DNA of 33,900 bases from Intoshia linei (Eukaryota > Animalia > Orthonectida), in contig LWCA01000283.1 in assembly GCA_001642005.1 (NCBI GenBank), positions 1 through 33,900 on the forward strand, written 5' to 3'. Positions 1 to 10,553 of this stretch are shown one piece after another (the stretch's first letter is position 1; each line of letters starts with the position of its first letter). The notes under the pieces are model-generated. The model searched no databases, was not told where the DNA came from, and worked only from the letters and a program-made list of their open reading frames with translations. Both the position numbers and the translations under genes were made by a program.

Positions 1-246
1 CCAACTAATATACCTATTGTTGATTAGAATCTTACGATTCTTTGCCCAATAGGTTCAAAAAAATGTAAAATATTTTAAAAAAAACTGAATGTTACTTTTG
101 TTTGTGTACAAGATATGATAAAAAATGAATGTATATCAATACCGAGTTTGATGTGTAAGTTTTACACATATAACAACTTACAATTTAGACGAATTTAAAC
201 AATGTATAGTATACAAAGATAACCAGTTGAAATATAAAAAACTTAC

Positions 247-566
247 GTCTCCAATAATATTATATATATAACAATTAGAAAACATCAAGCACACATCGTA
301 AATACATTCATCTGCTGTTAAGTAATGTTTGGATTCCAGTCGTTTTTTAATGGTGGACAAGTCCATAGGATTCTTAATGACATCATAATAATCCTTAAAA
401 TACATTGTATATTTAAATAGGGTAGAATGGTATCTACCTGTAGATTTAAGCCTTTGACATCGACTGGTTTTAAGAATGGCCACGCATTTGTGTCCTTCAT
501 TAAAGTGCGAACAACCTTTTGCATATAATTTAACTGCACTTGTTCCACGGTTTTATTATACTTCAT
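247..566 (-). CDS. BET-family bromodomain protein (BRD2/3/4/fs(1)h-like), first bromodomain; 5' exons only, gene continues past the left edge
   Basis: Exon 566-438 (MKYNK...[16 protein letters not shown]), 44-nt GT-AG intron 437-394, exon 393-247 ([20 protein letters not shown]...[13 protein letters not shown]), then a GTAAGT donor. The WPF shelf, PMDL and CYIYN (acetyl-lysine-binding Asn) match BET BD1. Confidence 0.92.
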
Positions 567-1683
567 TTTTTATGTATGCTGAACGCTACACCAAATAAAT
601 GTTTAGATTAATAGTATTAATATGCAATAACGTTAAACCAAAAACTTATAAATCAAAGAAATTTAAATAGTAGAATATAATTAAGAGCAAAATTACAAAA
701 AATATTTCGCGTCGTTTGAAACGCAAAAGGTATAAAACAGTATTTACACGATGTTGTAGAAAAATAGCAAGTCAACTTAACAGACGATAATAAAAATATT
801 CAGATAAACGTTTTTGTTGCAACTATCACTATAAACACTAACATAACTACGCTAATATTCACTAATAGTGATTCACCATAGTTTAAAAAAGTTTAACAAT
901 AATCTAGCAACGTAGTAAATACAAATGTTGAAAGTAGATTTCATATTTTTCTTTATCAATATGAAATAAAATTGTTATTTACAAGTTTAAGTTAACATTG
1001 TATAGTATGCGCTAGAAACTTTAGATGCGGTCAATCAGAAATTTTACAATAGAAAAATGTCAACATCTAAGTTAGGCTAACCATATTTTTGTCGTACTAA
1101 AAGTAGTACTTTTATTGCTTAAAAACAAAATATGTTTTTGATTAATTTTTCATTAGAAAAATGAATATTTAAGTTAAATTTCAATTTATAAGTTTATTTG
1201 GTTTTGAAAAGTATGTCGAAAGTACGACTTAAAATAGTGCCAAAAGTCGTATTTCTAGTCGCACTATCTAAGTTGACGTATATCAGATATGACTACCTAT
1301 CATACCACTAAACTTTACTAAATGTTGAAAGTGAGAATAATAGGTATTTATATACACTCAGATACTCGTTTCGATATCGTATTATCTTATGTTGTCTAAT
1401 ATTCTATTTTTGAGAAATAAATGGTTTAACGTGATCACTATAAATATTATAATGCAATTATACTTCTTCAAATTTCTTCGTATATAGTTTTATTTTTATT
1501 TAAATAAATTGAGTTCCAATCTCTTCGTAATATTTTTTATGTGAAATATAAATATTATGGCGCAATTAAACATTTTAACTAATTATCGTTTTAATATTTT
1601 TTATGTTGTTATAGTAACTCTAAAAAGTTGACATTGAATTATCGTAATTGAACTATCACGCCAATTATATCATATTCTGGACA

Positions 1684-4600
1684 ATGAACAATGTATTTTA
1701 TTTAATTTAATTAATATTATGATTGTTGTAGAAAATTTTATCATTAACTGAAAATCAAAGAAATTCGTTTAATTTTGCTGTAAGCGAAGGTTTACGTTCT
1801 ATAATTCAAGTAATAGTCAATATTTATTATTTTGTATGCATCAATTATATAAGATTCATACAATATTAATTAATTGAAATATAATTTGGATCATATTATC
1901 ATGTAAATTAAAGTTTCACAGACACTCAAACACATGTAGTTATAATTTTTATACAATTAATAAAATACATATTATAAATGTATATGAATATTATTTTAGT
2001 AGTCTCGTGTTCAATATTAGGGTTGTTCTATTTTAAACTTTTTTGCTGTTATATATATGATATATAAATTGCTTATAAAATACTAATTACATATTGTATG
2101 CTATTAGACTACTTTCAATATACAGGGTGATTGGTAAGTAACGCCCGATTTTGATTTTAAAAACTTTGGGGTTTGAACACTTAAAGTGATTCTTATTAAA
2201 TTTAAATGCAATTGTATTTTGGATTTTCTTCAGAAAACCACAATAAAATTTATGTAAAAACGACTGGCTGTTCATAGCGTGAAAGTATGGGGACTAGGGT
2301 GTTAACTTTTTTCACGAATTTTGGAATGAAATAAAATCCATGGCCGTACGACATGACAAATAGGTTATAAACATTAACTATAATGTTTGTTCACCATAAA
2401 TTTACAAAAACATCAGCTAAGTTTCACATTAAAAAATACCGTAATATTTTTGAACTAATGTTTATTTACTTATAATTTTTTTTATACTATATGTGCATAA
2501 TTCGTCATTAATGTATTTTACTGAATTAGTAATTGCCACTTGGAGACGAGGAATAGATATATAGGCATGTTTCTTTAAGAAGCAAGTGCAACAATTGCAG
2601 CTCTTTGGCCAAATTACAAGGTTGTACACCTTTAATGGCTTCAAATAATAGATTTTGATGAGATCTGATATTTTCATATACTGTTGCATTCAACCAACAG
2701 TATATGAACGTATCGGCGATAAAGTTGCAACACTCTTCTAAGCCCTGTTGACGAATTCCTAAGTAAATATTATATTATGTACTTTAATAAAAATCATCAA
2801 ATAGTAATAATAATCTAAAATCCAAGCTTGTATTGATTTTATTGCTCTAGAATTCCATCGATCTTGACTAAGAGACTTTGGCTTATTCAATTTGACATTA
2901 AACCATTCCCTTTTTTTTAACATTTTATATGCCAATGACAGATGCTTCAACTCAGTCGCACGGGTCCAATAAAATGTTTTCGGAACATTTTTTAATTCAT
3001 AAGCATTTGATTTATAAGATGAGATTAAATTTTCATAATTACACTGTAAATTGTCTATGAATATATTGAAATTATTCGCAAAATTAAAAAAAATTACCGA
3101 TGAATTTATATCCGATATTAGGAGATTTGTTTATTCCACCTAATTTTGTATCCATATACAATCTAAGTAATCTATTAAGGATGTGTCGCTGACATCCAAA
3201 ATATTGCACATTGCCTAATGTACTATTTCTTAATTTAGATATAATTTCATTATTCCCAGTATTAACCGAACAGGTATTGGATATTATTATTTTTACATAA
3301 AATTAATGAAATATACAGTAAAATGAAAGGAGGTCAAGAAGTTTCAAACGCTTTTAAATCATTGAACTTAAAAGATGCTGTTGTTTTTATTGATCTTGCT
3401 TGGTCGTCAGTTTCAGAATTAACGATACAAAACTGCTTCAAAGCATGTGGCTGGGAAGATTCTATCTCAACATCTACAAAAAATGATTCTTTGATAAAAC
3501 TTGATAATTTAGAGACAGAATACAAAAAATTTTTGAAAGAAGCAGATATTCCAGACAGTATAGTTTTTAAAAAATTTTGTGACACATATTTTGATGAAAA
3601 TGAGACTTTAATTTTAAACAACGTGATGTCAATTGAAGAAAGTGGTGAGAATGAAAAAGCAAATTTATTTCCAGATTTTTCCAAAGAAAAAAGTGATTGC
3701 GATTAAGAAACATCTGAAATTACTTATTCTGATTGCTTAAAAATGGTTGAAAAAATTAATAAATATATTTCACAAGATAATAATTTTTCTATTGATCGAA
3801 AAAAACGGCTTATCCTTTTAAGAAAGTCTCTAATCTCTTTAAATAAAGAGAAAAACGGAATTAAAGCTTATTTAATTAAAAGATTATAATTAAAAATTTT
3901 TCTCAAATTTTCGTTTTTTTTAGAAACACTAGAAACGTAATTATTAGAGGGTTGACTGTATATTATAGTTATTTATTTATGACATTTCCACCCACATTTC
4001 TTGTAATGTCGGAAAGATTGTTGTATAAAATCCTTTATATTATGTTATAGGCCAAATTTCATTTCTAAATATGGGGCAAAAATGACAATGCGTGAGTAGT
4101 GAAGGGTTAATAGAAAATATATTTTTATTTTTTGTAATTATAGTAAGATGTATCAGAATAATGTTTCTATTTTTAATTGTAGGGCTGTTAATTATTTTAA
4201 ATTTTTTGTTTTACAATTAATAAAATAGTTTCGAAATAAAAAAAGATGAATGCTAAGTGCTTTTTTGACTGGAAGGCGTCACTTTGTCAAATTTTTGTGT
4301 GTGTTAACTGTATATCCTAACTTATATAATATTCTATGCGATTTTTGTTTGTGTGTCTGTGTGTTACGCTTTATTTAAATAACTAATAAATAAATAATAA
4401 CAATGAAATTACTAAACAAATGAATAACTAAAAAGTAATTGTCATTAATTTACATCACATTGTTCCAAATTGTAACATACTACCTGAAATACATAGTTAT
4501 TGCACAGATAGAAATAAACCAATGAAAATTTTTATAAATGTTAATTTGGTAAAACTAACATAAGGTGATTGAATGCAGTACTATTACGATTACATTGAGA

Positions 4601-7600
4601 CATCTCATTGGGTCCTCGATAAAATTAAAGTAAGAAAGCCCTCATTTTTTAAAATACACTATTTATCTTTACTTTTAAAATTTAAAAGTGCTTATTACGT
4701 TAATTATTGCTACATAATACATACATAATTGGTATTTTTAAGTATTTATTAAATTGGTATTGAATATATGTCATCACATTGAAAATGACAAAATAGATTT
4801 TTATAATTTTATTTTTTTCTGGAATTTATGCTATTTGTGACAATTTTTAGGATTGGACTGTTTTTACTTTACTTTTAATATTATACACACATTTTGTCTA
4901 ATAAAATTGGACTGTTTTTACTTTATTTTTAATATTATACACACATTCTGTCTAATAAAATTAAAAAGTTTTAACTTTATTTTTAATATTATACACACAT
5001 TCTGTCTAATAAATTAAAAAAATGGTAAAATTCTTTACGCAAATGTAACAAACAAAAAATTAAGATGGAATAATTCGCTTTAAAGTAAAAAGTGATATGA
5101 TGGTTGCACCTGAAACAAGTTTGGGAACCAATTCTTTAAAGGATTGATAATAGTGAATGGTAGGATTTTTAAGTTAGATTTTCAACGTGAATTTATTTTT
5201 TTGGTATAATAAAAACTGCCCTCGGCAGAGCTAGGTGCTGTTTCTACGTAGTACATAACAGTCAACATAGTATAATATATAGTTGTATCAACTGAAATTT
5301 TTTTAAAATTATAGGATGTTTTTCATTTTAAAAAAAAATAATAATTGGTGTTTTTGACCTTGACGGACTCATTTACTGAAAATTAAATTTGCGTTAAACA
5401 TCACCCTCGAAAAACTGTAATAGAAATATGGAATTTTAAATTCTCGACTCCTATTTCTTAAATTAATAAATTTCTTAAATATTCTGGAACAGACAAATAA
5501 ATAAACAGACATACATTTTTAATGAAATTATTTTATATAAGGATTTATATTACTTATACAATACATATATTTTTTTAGAATTGGGATCCATACATTTGTG
5601 AAATAAATGAACGCGTATTAAAAATAAGAATAACAGTAATTTTTACTACAGTATAGTGTATTTTTTGTGTGAGTGCAGCACTCAATAATTAATCGCGTAT
5701 AGTAAAAATAATGACTTTATAATATTTCATATCTCACGATGTAATAAGTACTTTTAAAAGCACGACATTACAATATATGACAGGGTGTCTAACTTTTTAC
5801 ACACCCTGGGCACTATATACAATTTTTTTTCTTGTTTATAATATTTAATGAACGTTATTAATTACATAAATGTAATATTACATGTTTATAGCGGCTCATT
5901 TATCCCCGAGATTCCTAGATTGGACATGTCTGGTTTGTTGTATATATTTTTTCTAGGATGCTCATATAGGATTTCCTACTATACCAGAAAAAAATATATT
6001 TGCAAGTGAAAAGAAATTATACCCTTCTGAAGTAATTACAATTTATTTTATGTTCGTCATTAGAGAATTATATAAACTGCTTACATTGATAACATTAAAA
6101 TAAAATTGTTTATGTTTGCAATGTTTATAAGTGATTGATAATTTTACATAATATCTACAAAGTATTTTATGCAGTTTTAACATTTTAGAATAAGTCTATT
6201 TGAACCATCGTATTTTTATCACAAAAGTTTGATATATATTTTTTAGTGCAGATTGGCGGGAAGTAATTATTCTTCAAATATGACAATATCTTATGAAATT
6301 TTGATCGATGATGAAATTCTTTTACAGGAAAAACATCTTGTTGGTAAAATTCCTATAATGGTGCAGGTAATTTATTTTCGAATTATTGATCAATGAATAT
6401 AGTCTTGTAAATGTAATTTGAACGGCCTAAATAATGATCAATTGATTAGCTCGAATGAAGAACCGAACGAAGTAGGAGGTTATTTTATCATTAATGGAAA
6501 TGAAAAAGTTATCCGGCTTTTGATTATGCCTAGAAGAAATTACCCTATTTCTCATATTCGAACTTCGTGGCTGAAAAGAGGTTCTTTGTACTCTAAATAT
6601 GGTGTTTCAATGCGATGTGTCAAAGATGATGAAACATCAAGCGTATTTAAGCTCATATTGATAAATATATATGTGTAGAATATGATCCTGCACTATTTAA
6701 ACAATGGTACTGCACAACTATGCATATTTTTCGAAAAAAAAATGTTTTTTATTCCAGTTGTCCTTATAATAAAGGTAATTCAATGTTTCATTAAAATACT
6801 TTAAGGCGTTGTCGAATAAATCGGATAAAGAAATTTGTCAAACCCTCTTAAAAGGAATACAAGATTCAGAACTACGTTCTTATTATAGATGGTACTAGTT
6901 CAATACATTAATATTTACTTTAAGGTGCATAATTTATATGTTACGCCAAGTTCACGCACAGAAAATCCATAATCAACAGTCAGCATTGGAATACTTGGGA
7001 GTCCATTTCAAATTCAAGTTAAATCTACTTAAGAGAAATTTAAATCCTGAAGCTGGGGAATATTTAATTAGGTTTATTCAATTACCCGTAGGTCTATTAA
7101 AATTTTAGGAAATGCGTAGCTATACATTTAACAAATAATGAAGAAAAATTCAACCTTTTATGGTTTTAATTATACAATCTATTATTATTGTTTAGTTTTA
7201 TGGTTAGAAAATTATTTGTGTTTATTAATGGTAAATGTGCCAATGAAAATCCAGATAATATCATGTTTCAAGAAGTATTGACTCCAGGGCGACTTTACAT
7301 GATGTTTTTAAGAGAAAAGTTAGTCAATTGGTGTCAATCCATCCATTTTTATTTGAATAAAAAGGAAAAAAAAGAAACTAGTTTTATGTTTAATCAAGGT
7401 TATTATTGTGTTTATATATTATTTGTAACTTATTCAGCCAATTTAAGGGAATCTGTTCGGCGTTCGCTTAATTTAACTAAATCATTTGAATATTTGTTGG
7501 CTACTGGGAATTTACAAGCTAAATCAAATTTGGCTCTGATGCAGGTAAATTCAGTTGTAATTTATAAAATATTTTTTAGAGTTCTGGTCTTACTGTTGTT

Positions 7601-9610
7601 GCGGATAAATTGAATTATTATAGATACATTTCACATTTCAGATCAATTCATAGAGGTTCTTATTTTACTGGAGGACGAACCGTCGGAGTGAGAAAATTAT
7701 TGGCTGAATGTTGGGGTTTCATTTGTCCTGTGCACACTCCTGACGGAGCCCCATGTGGTTTATTGAACCATCTTTCTTTGAATTGTTCCATTACACCTAA
7801 AACTCAATCTACAGAATTATTGACGTCGAGAATGTTTAAATGGGGAATGATTGCAGTAAACGAGTCATTTGATAGCTATTCACAATTTTACTATCCTGTT
7901 ATGATAAATGGAAGATTAGTTGGTTGGTTTGCTGAAAAATTAGGGGTTAAAATTGAAAAACATCTACGTGAATTGAAATGTTACAATTCGGATATTATTT
8001 CATCTGATGCTGAAATTTGTCTTGTAGAACCTAGTGACTTGGCAACACAATATCCTGGATTTTTTATTTTTACAGAAACCTCTCGCTTTATAAGAACTGT
8101 TAAAAATGTTAAATACGATTGTTTTGAATATATTGGTTCATTTGAACAAGTTTATCTGAAAGTAGCCATGAAGGAAACAGACAATTTCTCCCATGTTGAA
8201 TTGTCTAAAACTTCTTTTCTTAGTTTTAATGCAAGTTTAATACCATTTAGCGATTACAACCAGAGTCCCAGAAATATATATCAATGCCAGATGGGAAAAC
8301 AGACAATGGGACAATTTGCTTTATCAATTCCTTACCGTTCTGATTTTAAGTCATATCGGTTAATTTCTCCTCAGTCTCCTATGACAAAACCAATTATACA
8401 CGACGAATACGAGCTAAATAATTATCCTATGGGAACTAATGCAGTCATTGCAGTTATATCCTATACTGGCTATGACATGGAGGATGCAATGATCATAAAC
8501 AAATCGTCTTGGGAAAGAGGGTTTGCCCATGCTTGTGTGTACAAAAACGAAAAAATTAATTTAAATACATTAAAAGGTCGAAATGCAAAATCTATTATTT
8601 TTTCAAGTAATACTAGTTCTAGAACTATAGATAAAGATGGACTTCCAATGGTTGGGTGCAAGTTGCATCGAGGAGACGGTTATTATTCTTATTTTGATAC
8701 AGGTACAAACGAATTTACTGTTGTAAATTATAAGAAGGACGAAATTGCCAATGTTGAACAAGTTACCATTGTTGGTGATGATGACTCTAATGGTCCGCTG
8801 TCTCATATATTGGTGAGACTGCGAATAGAGCGAAATCCTATTGTAGGAGATAAATTTTCAAGTAGACATGGCCAAAAAGGTATTTGCAGTAAATTTTGGC
8901 CGTTACAAGACATGCCATTCAGTGTCAACGGTATCACACCTGATATATTGTTTAACCCGCATGGATTTCCCAGTAGAATGACTATAGGAATGATGATAGA
9001 AACTATGGCATCTAAATCAGCTGCACTAAAGGGTGTTGTATCTTATGATGCCACATCATTTCAGTTTAGTGAAAAAAAAACGGCAATTGACTATTTTGCA
9101 AAAAAATTGGTTCACTCTGGGTATTGCTATTATGGAACAGAAGAAATGTACAGTGGTGTGACAGGTACTAAATTTGACGTAGATATTTTTACCGGTATAG
9201 TATATTACCAAAGACTGCGTCACATGATTTCTGATAAATTTCAAGTACGTGGAACAGGAACAGTAAACACATTAACAAGACAACCTGTTAAAGGTCGTAA
9301 AAGAGGAGGTGGAATAAGAATTGGAGAAATGGAAAGGGATGCCATATTATCTCATGGTATGTCTTACTTCTTACATGATCGATTGCTAAATTGTTCCGAT
9401 AAATCAATTTCTTATATATGCCTCAAATGTGGAAGTACTGTAGTTTCTGATAAAAAGTGTAAAATAACAGGAAATAGAAAACAAAAATGCAGAAGATGCA
9501 ACAGTTCTTCATCAATCGAATCAATATATTTGCCCTATGTATTCCGATATCTTATTGCAGAATTGGTAGCTGTAAATATTAAAATTTCAATCCAATTAAA
9601 ATCTATATAA
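1684..9610 (+). CDS. POLR1B: DNA-directed RNA polymerase I second-largest subunit RPA2/RPA135, 13 exons, about 1100 aa
   Basis: Exons joined by hand, all GT-AG and in phase: 1684-1692 (MNN), 1732-1809 (KILSLTENQRNSFNFAVSEGLRSIIQ, cf. human ELTRAHVESFNYAVHEGLGLAVQ), 5579-5635, 5957-6031, 6247-6366, 6403-6642, 6679-6774, 6806-6891, 6925-7071, 7109-7162, 7196-7398, 7438-7544, 7580-9610. Motifs: GGYFIINGNEKVIR, GFICPVHTPDGAPCGL, NQSPRN, GDKFSSRHGQKG, GEMERD, C-terminal CxxC/CxxC. The 9-nt first exon is the least certain part. Confidence 0.95.
2123..2160 (+). mobile_element. Tc1/mariner-like terminal inverted repeat remnant
   Basis: TA followed by CAGGGTG (TACAGGGTGATTGG), a typical Tc1/mariner end. 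No matching right end found. Confidence 0.4.
2462..3297 (-). pseudogene. Decayed intron-containing DDE transposase (DTTxxNTG...CxHH...ARW type, Sola2-like) inside POLR1B intron 2
   Basis: Minus-strand translation: VKIIISNTCSVNTG...VQYFGCQRHILNRLLRLYMDTKLGGINKSPNIGYKFI, 43-nt GT-AG intron 3097-3055, DNLQCNYENL...KPKSLSQDRWNSRAIKSIQAWIL, a gap at 2814-2759 with an AG acceptor but no GT donor, GIRQQGLEECCNFIADTFIYCW, then a frameshift to ISIPRLQVAITNSVK. Superfamily assigned from remembered motifs, not from a search. Confidence 0.7.
3316..3958 (+). mobile_element. Tigger/pogo (CENP-B/DDE_1) transposon 3' fragment with right TIR
   Basis: ORF 3323-3706 has LNLKDAVVFIDLAWSSVSELTIQNCFKACGW, the typical end of the pogo/Tigger DDE_1 domain, then an acidic tail. 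The element ends TTAGAGGGTTGACTG followed by TA (reverse complement TA-CAGTCAACCCTCTAA), a pogo-type TIR with TA target site. Confidence 0.8.
4085..4110 (-). mobile_element. piggyBac-like terminus remnant
   Basis: GTGAAGGG followed by TTAA; the reverse complement reads TTAA-CCCTTCAC (piggyBac CCC end with TTAA target). No partner end identified. Confidence 0.4.
4315..5252 (+). mobile_element. Non-autonomous Helitron-like element; 5' end clear, 3' end tentative
   Basis: Begins A|TCCTAACTTATATAATATTCTATGCGATTTTTGTTTGTGTGTCTGTGTGT; the first 50 nt are 47/50 identical to 23932-23981. Candidate 3' hairpin CTGCC-CTC-GGCAG (5216-5228), followed by CTAG (5231) and CGTAGT (5247). Contains an internal tandem repeat. 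Confidence 0.55.
4852..5013. repeat. Tandem repeat, 3 x 54 bp
   Basis: Unit ATTGGACTGTTTTTACTTTA(C/T)TTTTAATATTATACACACATT(T/C)TGTCTAATAAA starting at 4852, 4906 and 4960; the third copy is diverged at its 5' end. Confidence 0.92.
5335..5543 (-). mobile_element. Helitron-like 5' fragment, related family
   Basis: Minus strand starts A|TCCTTATATAAAATAAT...ATGTATGTCTGTTTATTTATTTGTCTGT. It shares the blocks TTTC(T/A)ATTACAGTTTTTC and GGTCAAAAAC(A/C)CCA with the copy at 24030-24110. Confidence 0.5.
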
Positions 9611-10553
9611 ATGTACAATATTTTTATTAAACCAATGTATTATATTATATGTATCATATTCTTTTTGAATTTTTGCATCTTCTAAATAAATTTTAGATAA
9701 AATTGTATATTTTTGAGCGACTTAGATATACTAACGAGACTTGCTACTTGTGTATACCATCCGTTTTTGTTTCTGTTAATTTGACAAATCGAGCTAACTT
9801 GTATGTGAAGAGCCGAGTCTACTAAGCTTGAGGCCAGCAAAAATGAAAAATGGACAGACAATTTTTTTTGCAATCATGAGTTGTGTTGTAACCCCTATCT
9901 ACCTATCAAAGCCTCTTAATTTTATATTTAATACACAAAATAGTTATGTATTCAAGAATATATTTTTTTCATATTCAGTTCTGAAAAATAGGTCACATTA
10001 TACCAAAATTTTGTCGTAAAAATATTCAAAACCATGCGTAGCCTCTGATTATATATATAAGTGTTATTAATTGGAATTGAAGGGTAGGTAAAAATAATTT
10101 AGAAATGGTGGATAATGAAAATGCTTCAATTACCCTGAATTTCCAAACGGACAGTAACATACATTTAATATTGTTTGAGATGATTTATTTCAATTGATCA
10201 TGCAACAAAACATATCATCGACGTTAATAAATTTTGACCAGTTGTCATTCACCATCACATGTATTCCACTTTTACATAAATACATTGAATTTAAATCGTT
10301 CTTCATATGCATTTAAGATGTAAAACAATGTATGGACAGATAAGGATATAATAAATGATCAACATATACATTACCTCGATTTGAAATGTTTGCATTTTTT
10401 TGTTCAACTTAACAAAATCAATCCTAAAGTTTAGTCGTATAATACTTGTGTAGTAAATTTTATCTGTAAATTTCAACATACGTCGATGTCTAATTAAATC
10501 CTTATAAATAATTAAAAAACGATGCAAAGTCATAATATCAATATAATTTTATT

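Noticed and set aside
318-483. Overlapping ORFs suggesting programmed frameshifting or a non-standard genetic code (also 7188-7613 with 7610-9610)
   Set aside because: Fully explained by short canonical GT-AG introns under the standard code.
4573-4629. ATG...GTAAG segment (MQYYYDYIETSHWVLDKIK) as POLR1B exon 1
   Set aside because: Exon 1732-1809 matches the conserved RPA2 N-terminus far better, and this segment lies inside a putative Helitron.
4852-5013. Repeat array as a CRISPR
   Set aside because: Head-to-tail units with no unique spacers, eukaryotic context, and no cas genes.
8470-9244. Antisense ORFs in POLR1B (similarly 3334-3684, 10804-11103, 18009-18203, 18849-19079, 26953-27207, 32717-32911)
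   Set aside because: Shadow frames of real coding exons with no recognisable motifs.
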